Shown in pieces: positions 1 through 12,525 of a stretch of 64,000 bases of DNA. The stretch is from Squalus acanthias (Eukaryota). The stretch's first letter is position 1. Every line of letters begins with the position of its first letter. Where the stretch lies: NCBI GenBank assembly GCA_030390025.1, contig CM059432.1:113214001-113278000 (forward strand). The letters run 5' to 3'. The notes under the pieces are model-generated. The model searched no databases. It saw only the letters and a program-made list of their open reading frames with translations, and was not told the DNA's origin. The translations under genes were made by a program, and so were the position numbers.

Positions 1-115
1 CAATGGCTTTGGTCTTCCCAATATTTAATTGGAGGAAATTTCTGCTCATCCAGAACTGGATGTCAGACAAGCAGTCTGACAGTTTAAAGGCATTGGAGGG
101 ATAGAGAGAGGTATA
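1..115 (-). mobile_element. L2 LINE ORF2 fragment (runs off window)
   Basis: Matches the L2 RT segments at ~2761-2850 and ~59570-59680 (caatggctt.gtcttcccaatatttaattgga). Confidence 0.7.
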
Positions 116-308
116 AAATAGTAAATGGAGGTTATAAGGATAAGGGTAGATACATATGATCTAATGCTCCATGGAACGTAACAGTGTCACGTACTAGGAA
201 AATAATCACAGCTTCTCCAGTCTCTCCACATAACTGAAGTCCCTCATCCCTAGTATCATTTTGGTAACTCTCCTCTGCATGGAGTTTGTGGTGTGGACTG
301 AAGACAGT

Positions 309-1037
309 GGGCTGGATTTTGAATGACCCATGGAGTCGGGTTTGGAGGCGTGTGGGGGGTTAAATTTGCGTGGTCGGGGTTTCCGACCCCATCCCGACTC
401 CATCCCGCCTCCACGCAATTTTGACAGAATCAGTCGTGGGGTTCCCGACTCCGTCCCGCCTTCAAGAGGCGGGAGAGGCCATTAAAGCCCTTAACAAGCT
501 CTAAATTGGCTCTGTAATTCCATTTTGAAACGCTGTAGCTAGTTTAACCCTCTTCTGACGTGAAGCACGCCTGGTGTGAAACACTCCAGTGAAACCTGGC
601 GGGAACACAAGTGGATAGCTGACTATCGGCTGCAGGTCCACTATTACAACGGAGATGTGATGAAGGTAGTAGTATTAGGTCTGAACGTCGCCTCTGATGC
701 TGCTGCATTGAATGTCTTCAGAGACTGTCTGGGAGGACTTGCTTGGCAAAAAAATTCTCTCTCTCTCTCTCTCCCCCCCCCCACCCCACCCCCACCCAGG
801 TCCACTCACATCAAAAGCCAGGCAGGTCCTCTCTCACCAACAGTCTCTGAGACTAGGCAGTCCAGAGGTGACTTTCAGACTGAAAACACTAATTAGTTCA
901 TGGGTTCCCACATGCTCCAACTCAATTGCCCAATTAAGTGAAAATTGCATCAGGCATCCACATTAATCTGCAGTCGGGGGGAAACACGAAATGCGGATTA
1001 CACGACCCCAACCCGACCCCAAGACAAAATCCAGCCC
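309..1037. mobile_element. Non-autonomous Harbinger-like MITE, copy A
   Basis: Perfect 12-bp TIR GGGCTGGATTTT...AAAATCCAGCCC; near-identical inverted copy at 20029-20779; flanks agt/aat (imperfect 3-bp TSD). Confidence 0.8.
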
Positions 1038-1705
1038 AATGGCTTCAGTGTGGAATGTAACTGGTCAGAATTGTATGTGTGAGTTGTAAGGTTTCAGTAA
1101 CACTCTGGAGCTTTACATAATTGCCTTGGGGGTGGGGACCGAGCTTTATCTTCTTATGTAATATCCATGTGGATGCAAGTCAAGCGATTCAGTAAACTGT
1201 GACGACCAGGGTCTGGAATAAAGCCTTAAACGTAACTGTAAAAACGTATGACAGTGTCACATCAGTAGAGCAGGCACCATTTTAACACGCTGAACTGGTT
1301 AGCAGACGTATCACACAGAACTCCATTTATGCCAATTCACAGCTAATACATGGGATTCCCATGAAGTTGGTGTTTAAATCTCCTGTCTGTGTTTGAGTTG
1401 TTGCGTTCCTGTTGTCTTGCTAACTGCTAAAATGTCTGAAAGCTGCCACATTTGATGAATGAGTTATGTGATATGATACCATAAACTGTAGAGGAATGGT
1501 TGATACCAGCATTCAGGCATTGCCACCGCACACTTTGATTTTACAAAGATCTGACAGAGCAGCGTCAGAGCAGCACACTGTTACAGTTACAGGGTCTGTG
1601 GAAACTGAGGGTAAGTCGGTGCTACAAGGAAATTACATTTGTTTTGAATAGGAACATTAATGTAGGCTCAGTACTAGGAATCGTATATGCTTACATCTTC
1701 ATGAA

Positions 1706-1965
1706 TCCTAGGTACAAGTGTTTGGCCTTGGAGTGGGTGCAGAGGAGAGTTACCAGAATGATACTAGGGATGAGGCACTTCAGTTATGTGGAGAGACTGG
1801 AGAAGCTGGGATTATTTTCCTTAGAGCAGAGAAGGTTAAGGGGAGTTTTAATAGAGGTGTTCAAAATTATAAGGGGTTTGATAGAGTGAATAAAGAGAAA
1901 CTATTTCCACTGGCAGGAGGGTCAGTAACCAGAGGGCACAGATTTAAGATAATTGGCAAAAGAAC
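1706..1965 (+). mobile_element. CR1 LINE ORF2 C-terminal fragment
   Basis: Translation ALEWVQRRVTRMI..LGLFSLEQRRLRG matches the CR1 ORF2 C-terminus seen in other copies. Confidence 0.8.
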
Positions 1966-1974
1966 CAATAATGA

Positions 1975-3668
1975 CAACAACAACTTGTATTTATATAGTG
2001 CATTTAGCGTCGTAAAAACGCCCCATGGCACTTCACAGGAGTGTTATCAGACAAAATTTGATGCCTAGCCACATAAAGAGATATTAGGACAGGTGACCAA
2101 AAGCTTGGTCAAAGAGGTAGGTTTTAGGAGCGACTTAAAGGAGGAAAGAGAGGTAGCGAGTTGGAGAGGTTCAGGGACAAATTGTAGAGCTTAGGGTCTA
2201 GGCAGCTGAAGGCACGACCGCCAATGGTGGAGAGATGAAAATCGAGGATATGCAATAGGCCCAGAATTGGAGGAACACAGCGATCTCGGAAAATTCTACG
2301 GCTGGAGGACGTTACAGAGATAGGGAGGGGCGAGGCCATGGAAGGATTTGAACATAAGGATAACAATGTTGAAATCGAGGCGTTGCCAGACCAGGGGCCA
2401 ATATTGGTCAGCAAGCACAGGGGTGTTGGGCGAGCGAGACTTTTGGATGAGCTCAAAGTTTATGGAGGGTGCAAGGTGGGAGGCTGTCCAGGAGAGCGTT
2501 GGAATAGTCAAGTTTAGATGTAACAAAGGCTTGGATGAGGGTTTCAGCAGCAAATGAGCTGAGGCGGGGGCGGAGACTGGCCATGTTATGGAGGTGGACG
2601 TAGGAGGTCTTGGTGATGGAGAGGATATGGGTTTGGAAGCTCAGATCAGGGTCAAATATGAGGCCAAGGTTGAGAACAGTCTGGTTCAGCCTCAGACAGT
2701 GGCTAGGGAGAGGGATGGTGTCAGTGGCTAGGGAATGTAGTTTGTCGCCGGGACCGAAGACAATGGCTTCAGTCTTCCCAATATTTAATTGGAGGTTGGA
2801 CAAGCAGTGTGACAAATCAGAGGCAATGGAAGGGTCGAGAGAGGTGGTGGTCAGGTAGAGCTGGGTGTCGTCAGAGTACATGTTGAATCTGACATTGTGT
2901 ATTTGGCTGGTGGCGCTGAGGGGCAGCATGTAGATGAGAAATAGGAGGGGCCAAGGATAGATCCTTGGGGATGCCAGAGGTAACGATGCAGGAGCGGGAA
3001 GAGAAGTCATTGCAGGAGATTTTCTGGCTACAACTGGATGGAACCAAGTAAGGGCAGTCCCACCAGCTCGACAACGGAGGAGCAGAGTTGGAGGAGGATG
3101 GCGTGGTCAACCGTGCCAAAGACTGCAGACAGGCCGAGAAGGATGAGGAAGGATAGTTTACCTTTGTCACAGTCACGTAGGATGTAATTTGTGACTTTGA
3201 TAAGGGCTGTTTCAGTGTTGTGGCAGTGGCGGAAACCTGATTGGAGGAGTTCAAACATAGAGTTACTGGAAAGATGGACATGGATTTGGGATGCGACAAC
3301 ACGTTCAAGGACTTTGGAGAGAGACATGAGTTTGGAGATGGGGCGGTAGTTTGCAAGGAGAGGGGTCAAGGGTGGTTTTATCAAGGAGTGGGGTGATGAC
3401 AGCAGATTTGAAATGGAGGGGGACAGTACCTGAGGAGAGGGAACTGCTAACAATATCAGCTAACATAGGGGCCAGGAAGGAAAATTGGGTGGTCAGCAGT
3501 TTGGTGGGAATAAGGTTGACGGAGCAGGAGGTGGGCCTCTTAGATAAGATTAGCTCGGAGAGGGCATGAGGGGAGATAAGAAAGAGACTAAACAAAGGTG
3601 CAAGTTCAGGGCTAGGGCAGGGGAGGATCTGTGGGAGAAGTTTGGCTTTGTGGGATAGGGAAAGGGAA
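1975..3668 (-). mobile_element. L2 LINE, 3' part (RT to 3' tail), decayed
   Basis: Minus-strand ORF pieces ANYRPIS, QSGFR, YSDDTQLY, LDYSNALL; (TTG)n-type 3' tail near 1975; continues at 7991 beyond nested insertions. Confidence 0.85.
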
Positions 3669-5422
3669 GGAACATAAGAACATAAGAAATAGGAGCCAGA
3701 GTAGGCCATTTGGCCCTTTGAGCCTGCTCCGCCATTCAACAAGATCATGGCTGATCTTCTACCTCAACTCCACCTTCCGCACTATCCCCATGTCCCTTAA
3801 TTCCCCAAAATTTATTGACTTCTGTCTTGAATATACTCAACAACTGAGCATCCATAGCTCTCTGGGGTAGAGCATTCCGAAGATTCACAACCCTTTGAGT
3901 GAAAAGATTTCTCCTCATCTCAGTCCTAAATGGCCGACCCCTTATTCTGTGACTGTGACCCCGTGTTCTAGATTCCCCAGCCAGGGGAAACATTTTCCCA
4001 GCATTAACCCTGTCAAGCCCCTTAAGAATTTTATATGTTTCAATTAGATCACCTCTCATTCTTCTAAACTCTAGGGAATATATGCCAAGTCTACTCAATC
4101 TCTCCTCATAGGGCAATCCCCTCATCCCAGGAAGCAGTCTAGCGAACTTCCGTTGCAATCCCGATAAGGCAAGTATGTCTTTCCTTAGATAAGGAGACTG
4201 GAACTGTACACAGTACTCCAGGTGTGGCCTCACCAATGCCCTGTATAATTGTAGTGAGACTTCTTTACTCTTATACTCTAATCCCTTTGTAACAAAAGCT
4301 AACATACCATTTGCTTTCCTAATTGCTTGCTGCACCTGCATGTTAACTATGTGTGATTCATGTACAAGGATACCCAGGTCCCTCTGAATGCAAATATTTC
4401 CCAGTCTCTCACCATTCAAAAAATATTCTGCTTTTTTGTTTTTCCTACCAAAGTAGATAACTTCACACTTCCCCACATTATATTCCATCTGTTCTTGCCC
4501 ACTCAGTCAACCTGTCAATATTTCTCTGCAGCCTCTTTGTGTCCTCCTCACAGCTTACTTTTCCACCTAACTTTGTGTTATCAGCAAACTTGGATATGTT
4601 ACACTCAGTCCCTTCATCTAAGTCATTAATATACTGTAGATTGTAAATAGCTGAGGCCCAAGCACTGATCCTTGTGGTACCCCACTAGTTGCAGCCTGCC
4701 CATCCAAAAAAGTCCCGTTTATTCCTACTCTCTGTTTTCTGTCCATTAACCAATCCTCAATCCATGCTAATATATTACCCCCAATCTCATGAGTCCTAAT
4801 TTTGTGTAATAACCTCTTGTGTGGCACCTTATCGAATGATTTTTGAAAATTCAAATACACTACATCCACTGGTTCCCCCTTGTCCGTCCTACTAGTTACA
4901 TCTTCAAAAAACTCTAACAGATTTGTCAAACACGATTTCCCTTCCATAAAACCATGTTGACTCTGCCTAATCACATTATGATTGTCTAAGTGCCCTGTTA
5001 CCACATCCCTAATAATAGATTCTAGCATTTTGCCTACTACTGATGTCAGGCTCACTGGCCTATAGTTCCCCGTTTTTTCTCTTCCTCCTTTCTTAAATAG
5101 CGGGGTTATGTTTGCTACCTCCCAATCCTTGGGGACTGTTCTAGAATCTAGGGAATTCTCTGCAGCTACCTCTTTTAAAACCCTAGGATGCAGGTCGTCA
5201 GGTCCAGGGGATTTGTTGCCACTTAGTCCCATTAATTTCTCTAGTACTATGTCTTTACTTATACTGATTTCTTTAAGTTCCTCATTCTCGCTAGACCCTT
5301 GGTTCCCCATTATTTCCGGAATGTTTTTTGTGTCTTCTACCGTGAAGACAGATACAAAATATTTGTTTAATGTCTCTGCCATTTCCTTATTGCCCATTAT
5401 AATTTCTCCTGTCTCTGCCTCT
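3669..5422 (-). mobile_element. CR1 LINE, 3' part (RT + TTCTTATG-type tail), inserted in L2
   Basis: ORFs 4618-5397 and 3745-4488 (KSPGPD, NYRPVSLTS, GVPQGSVLGP, RPHLEYC); tail aacataagaacataagaa at ~3670. Confidence 0.9.
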
Positions 5423-6926
5423 TTTTAAAATTCTTTTATTCGTTTATGGGATGTGGGCGGCGCTGGCAAGGCCAACATTTATTGCCCATCCCTAATTGCC
5501 CTTGAGAAGGTGGTGGTGAGCCGCCTTCTTGAACCGCTGCAGTCTGTGTGGTGAAGGTACTCCCACAGTACTGTTAGGGAGGGAGTTCCAGGATTTTGAC
5601 CCAGCGATGATGAAGGATCGGCGATATACTTCTAAGTCAGGATGGTGTGTGACTTGGAGGGGAACTTGGAGGTGGTGGTGTTCCCATGAGTCTGCTGCCC
5701 TTGTCTTTCGGGGTGGAAAAGGTCACGGGTTTGGCAGGTGCTGCCGAAGAAGCCTTGGCGAGTTGCTGCAGTGCATCTTGTAGATGGTACACACTGCAGC
5801 ACGGTACGCCGGTGGTGGAGGGAGTGAATGTTTAAGGTGGTGGATGGGGTGCCAATCAAGCGTGCTGCGTTGTCCTGGATGGTGTCGAGCTTCTTGAGAG
5901 TTGTTGGAGCTGCACTCATCCAGGCAAGTGGAGAGTATTCCATCACACTCCTTATTTGTGCCTTGTAGATGGTGGAAAGGCTTTGGGGAGTCAGGAGGTG
6001 AGACACTCGCCACAGAATACCTAGCCTCTGACCTGCTCTTGTTGCCACAGTATTTATGTGGCTGGTCCAGTTAAATTTCTGGTCAATGGTGACCCCCAGG
6101 ATATTGATGGTGGGGGATTTGGTGATGGTAATGCCATTGAATGTCAAGGGGAGGTGGTTAGACTCTCGCTTGTTGGAGATAGTAATTGCCTGGCACTTCT
6201 GTGGTGCGAATGTTACCTGCCACTTATCAGCCCAAGCCTGAACGTCGTCCAGGTCTTGTTGCATGCGGGCATGGACTGCTTCATTATCTGAGGAGTTGTG
6301 AATGGCGCTGAACACTGTGCAGTCATTAGCGAACATCCCCATTTCTGATCTTATGTTGGAGGGAAGGTCATTGATGAAGCAGCTGAAGACGGTTGGGCCT
6401 AGTACACTGCTCTGAGGAACTACTGCAGTGATGTCCTGGGGCTGTGATGATTGACCTTCAACCACCAAAACCATCTTCCTTTGTGCTAGGTATGACTCCA
6501 GCCTGTGGAGCGTTTTCCCCCCGATTCCCATTGACTTCAGTTTTACTTGGGCTTCTTGATGCCACATTCGGTCAAATGCTGCCTTGATGTCAAGGGCAGT
6601 CACTCTCACCTCACCTCTGGAATTCAGCTCCTTTGTCCATGTAATGAGGTCGGGTGCCGAGTGGTTTTGGCGGAATCCAAACTGGGCATCAGTGAGCAGG
6701 TTCTTGGTGAGTAAGTGCTGCTTGATAGCACTGTCGATGACACCTTCCATCACTTTGCTGATGATTGAGAGTAGACTGATGGGGCGGTAATTGGCCGGAT
6801 TGGATTTGTCCTGCTTTTTGTGGACAAGACATACCTGGGCAGTTTTCCACATTGTCAGATAGATGCCAGTGTTGTAGCTGTACTGGAACAGCTTGGCTAG
6901 AGGCGCGGCTAGTTCTGGAGCACAAG
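5423..6926 (-). mobile_element. CR1-group LINE of a second family, 5'-truncated, inserted in CR1
   Basis: ORF 5632-6852 (NYRPISLLS, QFGFR, LDIKAAFD); 3' end gatgggcaataaatg... shared with 13700-13775 and 27648-28975. Confidence 0.85.
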
Positions 6927-7990
6927 TTTAATGGGCCCACGTTTACTCTCACTAATCTCTTCCTATTTACATACCTATAGAAATGTTTAAAATGTGTTTT
7001 TATGTCTCTTGCTAATTTACTCTCATATTCTTTTTTCTCTTTCCTTATCAATTTCTGGGTCGTCCTTTGCTGAATTCTAAAATCCTCCCAATCCTCAGGC
7101 TTACTGCTCTTTTTGGCAACATTATAAGCCTCTTCCTTTGATCTAATATTATATGTAACTTCTCTTGTTAGCCACGGTTGGACCACATTTCCTGTGGGAT
7201 TTTTGTGCCTTAAAGGAATGTATATTTGCTTGTCTACCGTCATACCTTTTAATGCAATTTCCCAATCTACCGTAGCCAACTCTCCCCTCATACCTACGTA
7301 GTTTGCTTTGTTTAGATTTAAGACCCTAGTTTCGGACTTAACTAAATCACTTTCAAACTCAATATAAAATTCTATCATATTATGGTCACTCTTCCCTAAA
7401 TGCCCCTTTACTACAAGGTTATTAATTAACCCTTTCTCGGTGCACAATACTAGATCTAAAATAACCTATTCCCTAGTTGGTTCCTCAACATACTGATCTA
7501 GAAAACTATCTTGTATATATTCCATGAATGCATCCTCCACACTATTACTGCAAATTTGGTTTGCCCAGTCTATATGTAGATTAAAGTCCCCCATGATTAC
7601 TGTATTACCCTTGTTACATGCGCCTCTAATTTCCTGATTTATACTCTGCCCTACATTACAACTACTGTATGGGGGCCTATAAACAACTCCCACCAATGTT
7701 TTCTGCCCCTTGCTGTTTCTTAGCTCCACCCAAATTGATTCTACTTCTTGATTTTCGGAGCTAAGATCCTTTCTCTCTACTGTCTTTATCCCATCCTTTA
7801 TTATCAGGGCTACCCCTCCTTCTTTTCCATTTTTGTAAAAGTTAAGTATCCTGGAATATTTAGTTCCCAACCTTGGTCACTTTGCAACCACGTCTCCGTA
7901 ATGGCTATTAGATCAAACTTATTAATTTCTATCTGGGCTATTAATTCATCTATTTTGTTGTGAATGCTTCGCGCATTCAGATATAGATAC
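6927..7990 (-). mobile_element. CR1 LINE, 5' part of ORF2 (APE endonuclease)
   Basis: YLNARSI, ITETWL, GVVYRPP, MGDFN, SDHN motifs; continues the CR1 at 5422. Confidence 0.85.
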
Positions 7991-8570
7991 AAGGAAGAGG
8001 CAGAAACAGCTGAACTGATGGTCTCAATCTTAGTGACTAGGAAGTCCATGAGTTTCTCGCACTTGTTGTTGGAGGTGAGAATGGAGGGGGCAGAGGAGAG
8101 GGCTTTAAGAAGGCTGGTAGAGGGGAAGAGAGGCTGGGGTTTATTTTTGCATTCCAGGATGATACTGGAGTAGTGAGCAGTTTTGGCAGAGGATAGCAGG
8201 ACCCGATAGTGGTTCAGCCAGATCTGGCGGTGAATGGCTAAACCAGATGTCCGCCATAAACATTCAAGTCTGTGTCCCTTGGCCATAAGGGAGCGGAGAT
8301 GGGGGCTGTACCCAGGGAATGACCAGGGTGGGAGAGCAATGGTTTTACTGGAGACAAGGGAATCAAAGGTGGGGGTGAGGGTGTGATTGAGCAGAAATGT
8401 TGTGGCGAATGGAGGGTCAAATGCTAGACAGATGCAAATTTGAAAGTACCATTGTAAGTAACTTGGGGAGAGTTTTTTAGCTGGGGTCGACACAGAAGGA
8501 AGTGGGGTTGGGAGGGGGATGAGCAGTGTAGTGATTTGGGTAAAAATAAGCAGAATGTGACAGGAAGGGA
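7991..8570 (-). mobile_element. L2 LINE, upstream part (continuation of 1975-3668)
   Basis: Collinear with the L2 copy at ~60490-60930; joins 3668 across aagga(a). Confidence 0.75.
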
Positions 8571-8574
8571 CAGA

Positions 8575-9145
8575 GGGGGACAAATTTGGTTGCTTTGCAC
8601 CTCCTGTTAGCGCCCTAAGAGGGCGCTAACGGGGCGCAAAGCAACTAGCGCCCGAGCGTGGAGCCACCCACGCCTCCCGCAAAATTCAGCAAGAGGTTAG
8701 TGGCGGCGGTAACTGGTAGCGCCCCGCGGCACTGCGCCGCCGGCAATGACGTCATCGCCATGTGCAGCACCCCGCTCGCGCCCCGGCCGCGATCTTCGGG
8801 AGTGCCCCCTGACTTACCGCCGGACGCTATGTCCGACGGGGTCAGGGAGGCCTACCTGCGGCCGGGGAGGTGCTAATTAAAGGTGAGGTGCGGGGCGGCT
8901 ATTTTTGTTGCTGGCCAGCACCTGCCTGCGCTCCCGTCCCCGCCCTCCTGAACCACCCCACCCACCCCCCGCCAGCGGAGTGCCGGGTCACGCTGCGCAA
9001 GGCCCTCCCCTTTATGAAGGGGAGGAAGGCCTGCAATACCCTCTTGGGGTGCTACCACTCAATTTCCGTCGCGGGGGTACTAATTTTTCTGGGGCACTAA
9101 AAGTAGCACCCCGGCGAAGTTGGGGCGCTACTCAATTTTTAGCCC
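8575..9145. mobile_element. GC-rich Harbinger-derived MITE
   Basis: Imperfect TIR GGGGGACAAATT / GGGCTAAAAATT, AGA TSD on both sides, homologous to 51873-52617 and to the left end of 47333-51416. Confidence 0.8.
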
Positions 9146-9199
9146 AGAGAGTTTAATGGTAGCAGTGCAACAGAGAATAAGGTCAAAGCAGGGAATAAT

Positions 9200-12197
9200 G
9201 GTTAAAAAAATAAATTAAAGGCTATTTATTGGAATGCACAAAGCATTCGTAACAAGATAGACGAACTAGTGGCACAAATAGAGATAAATGGGTTTGATCT
9301 AATAGCCATTACAGGGACATGGTTGCAAGGTGGCCAAGGTTGGGCACTAAATGTTCCAGGGTACATGACGTTTTGAAAAGACAGGCAGAATGGAAAAGGA
9401 GGGGGAGTAGCCCTGATAATAAAGGATGACATAAGGACAGTAGCGAGAAAGGATCTTGGCTCGGAAGATCAGGAAGTAGAATCAGTATGGGTGGAGATAA
9501 GGAATAACAAGGGGCAGAAAACACTGGTAGGAGTAGTATATAGGCCCCCCTAACAGTAGCTATACTGTTGGACAGAATATTAATCAAGAAATAGTAGGAG
9601 CTTGCAACAAAGGTAATGCAATAATCATGGGGGATTTTAATCTTGAGAGGTCGCACAACCGACTATAACCTGGTGTTGTGCGACCTCTCAATTTTGTCCA
9701 CCCCAGTCCAACACCGGCATCTCCGCATCATGATTTTAATCTTCACATAGACTGGACAAATCAAATTGACAAAGGTAGTCTGGAGGACGAGTTCATGGAA
9801 TGCATTCGGGACAGTTTCCAAGAACAATATGTCATGGAACCAACCAGGGAACAGGCTATTTTAGATCTTGTATTGAGACAGGGTTAATTAGCAATCTCAT
9901 AGTAAAGGATCCTCTGGGGCAGAGTGATCACAATAGGATAGAATTTCACATTAATTTTGAGAGTGACTTGCCTAAGTCCTAAACTAGAGTCTTAAACTTA
10001 AAGAATGCCAATTACATAGGTATGAGGGGCGAGTTGGCTAAGGTAGATTGGAAAAATAGATTAAAAGGTATGGCAGTGGCTAACATTTAAAGAAATATTT
10101 CATAATTCTCAACAAAAATACATTCCGTTGAGAAACAAAAACTCCACGGGAAAAGTGATCCAACCGTGGCTAACTAAAGAAGTTAAGGATATCATTAGAT
10201 TGAAAGAAGAAGCTTATAATGTTGCAATGAATAATAGTAAGCCTGAGGATTGGGAGAGTTTCAGAAACCAGCAAAGGTTGACCAAAAAATTGATAAAAAG
10301 GGAAAAAATAGAATATGAGAGAAAACTAGCAAGAAATATAAAAGCAGATTGTAAGAGTTTCTACAAGTATGTAAAAAAGAAAAAAGTAGCAAAAGTAAAT
10401 GTTGGTCCCTTAGAGGCTGAGACAGGAGAAATTATAATGGGGAATAAGGAAATGGCAGAAACATTAAACAAATATTTTGTATCTGTCTTCACAGTAGAAG
10501 ACACAAAAAGCATCCCAAAAATGGTAGGGAACCAAGGGTCTAATGAGGGTGAGGAACTTAACATAATTAATATAAGTAGAGAAAAAGTACTAGAGAAAAT
10601 AATGGGACTAAAAGCCGACAAATCCCCTGGACCTGACGGCCTACATCCTAGGGTCCTAAAAGAGGTGGCTGAAGAGATAGTGGATGCATTGGTATTGATC
10701 TTCCAAAATTCCCTAGATTCTGGAATGGTGCCAGCGGATTGGAAGGTTGCAAATGTCACACCGCTATTCAAGAAAGGAGGGAGAAAAAAAACAGGGAACT
10801 ACAGGCCAGTTAGCCTGACATCAGTCGCCGGGAAAATGCTGGAATCCATTGTGAAGGAAGTGGTATCAAGTCACTTAGAAGATCATAACATGATTAGGCA
10901 GAGTCAACATGGTTTTATGAAAGGGAAATCGTGTTTGACAAATTTATTCGAGTTTTTTGAGGATGTAACTAGCAGGGTAGATAAAGGGGAACCAGTGGAT
11001 ATAGTATATTTGGATTTCCAAAAGGCATTCGATAAGGTGCCACATAAAAGGTTATTACACAAGATTAGGGCTCCTGGGGTTGGGGGTAATATAGTAGCAT
11101 GGATAGAGGATTGGTTAATGGACAGAAAACAGAGAGCAGGGATAAATGGATCTTTTTCAGGTTGGCAGGCTGTAACTAGTAGGGTGCCGCAAGGATCAGT
11201 GTTGGGGCCTCAGCTATTTACAATCTATATTAATGACCTAGATGAAGGGACCGAGTGTAATGTATCCACGTTTGCTGATGATACAAAGCTAGGTGGGACA
11301 GTAAGCTGTGAGGAGAACACAAAGAGTCTGCAAAGGGATATAGATAGACTAAGTGAGTGGGCAGTAAGGTGGCAGATGGAGTATAATGTAGGGAAATGTG
11401 AGGTTATTCACTTTGGTAGGTAAAATAGAAAAACAGAATATTTTTTAAATGGTGAGAAACTTTCAAATGTTGGTGTTCAGAGAGATTTGGGTGTCCTCGT
11501 GCAAGAAACACAGAAAGCTAGCATGCATGTACAGCAAGCAATAAGGAAGGCAAATGGCATGTTGGCCTTTATTGCAAGGGGGTTGGAGTATAAGAGTAAG
11601 GAAGTCTTGCTACAATTGTACAGGGCCTTGGTGAGACCACACCTGGAGTACTGTGCACAGTTTTGGTCTCCTTATCTAAGAAAAGATATACTTGCCTTGG
11701 AAGCGGTGCAACAAAGGTTCACTAGATTGATTCCTGGGATGAGAGGGCTGTCCTATGGTGAGAGATTGTGTAGACTGGGCCTATACTCTCTGGAGTTTAG
11801 AAGAATGAGAGGTGATCTCTTTGAAACATACAAAATTCTGAAGGGGATTGACAGGGTAGATGCTGAGAGGTTGTTTACCCAGGCTGGAGTGTCTAGAACT
11901 AGGGGGCATAGTCTCAGGATAAGGGGTAGGCCATTTAAGACTGAGATGAGGAGGAATTTCTTCACTTAGAGGGTTGTGAATCTTTGGAATTCTCTGCTCC
12001 AGAGGGCTGTGAATGCGGAGTCTTTGAGTATATTCAAGGCTGAGATAGATAGATTTTTGGACTCTAGGGGAATCAAGGTATATGGAGATCGGGCGGGAAA
12101 ATGGAGTTGAGGTCAATGATCAGCCATGATCTTATTGAATGGCGGAGCAGGCTCGAGGGGCTGTATGGACTACTCCTGCTCTTATTTCTTATGTTCT
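9200..12197 (+). mobile_element. CR1 LINE, nearly complete ORF2 (EN+RT), disrupted
   Basis: EN motifs from ~9225; 431-aa RT ORF 10128-11423 (FADD); 160-aa ORF 11487-11969; 3' UTR ending ttcttatgttctta. Confidence 0.92.
9645..9731 (+). mobile_element. Penelope-like terminal fragment with inverted 5' segment, inserted in CR1
   Basis: 12-bp TSD gattttaatctt (9633-9644/9732-9743); shares gactataacctggtgttgtgcgac with 52771-52860; 9645-9659 is the reverse complement of 9675-9689. Confidence 0.75.
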
Positions 12198-12199
12198 TA

Positions 12200-12525
12200 A
12201 ATTATTTCCGCTGGTTGGGGATTCTAGGACTAGGGGGTACAGTCTAAAAATTAGAGCCAGGCCTTTCAGGAGTGAAGTTAGGAAGCACTTCTACACACAA
12301 AGGGTGTTAGAAGTTTGGAACTCTCTTCTGCAAATGGCAGTCAATGCTGGGTCAATTGTTCCTTTTAAATCTGAGATTGATAGATTTTTGTTAACCATAG
12401 GTATTAAGGGATATGGGCCAAAGGCGGGTATATAGAGTTAGGTGACAAATCAGCCATCATCTCATTGAATGGCGGAACAGGCTTGAGGGGCTAAATGGCC
12501 TCCTCCTGTTCCTATGTTCCTATGT
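12200..12525 (+). mobile_element. CR1 3' fragment
   Basis: LFPLVGDSRTRG..FYTQRV; tail (ttcctatg)n. Confidence 0.8.

Noticed and set aside
655..730. Box C/D snoRNA or hammerhead inside the MITE (GTGATGA...CTGA...GAAC)
   Set aside because: No terminal stem or proper D box, no recognisable guide, and the core lacks CUGANGA/GAAA.
576..896. ORF shared by both MITE copies
   Set aside because: GTG start, no known motifs, and the reading frames diverge after indels; sharing reflects copy identity.
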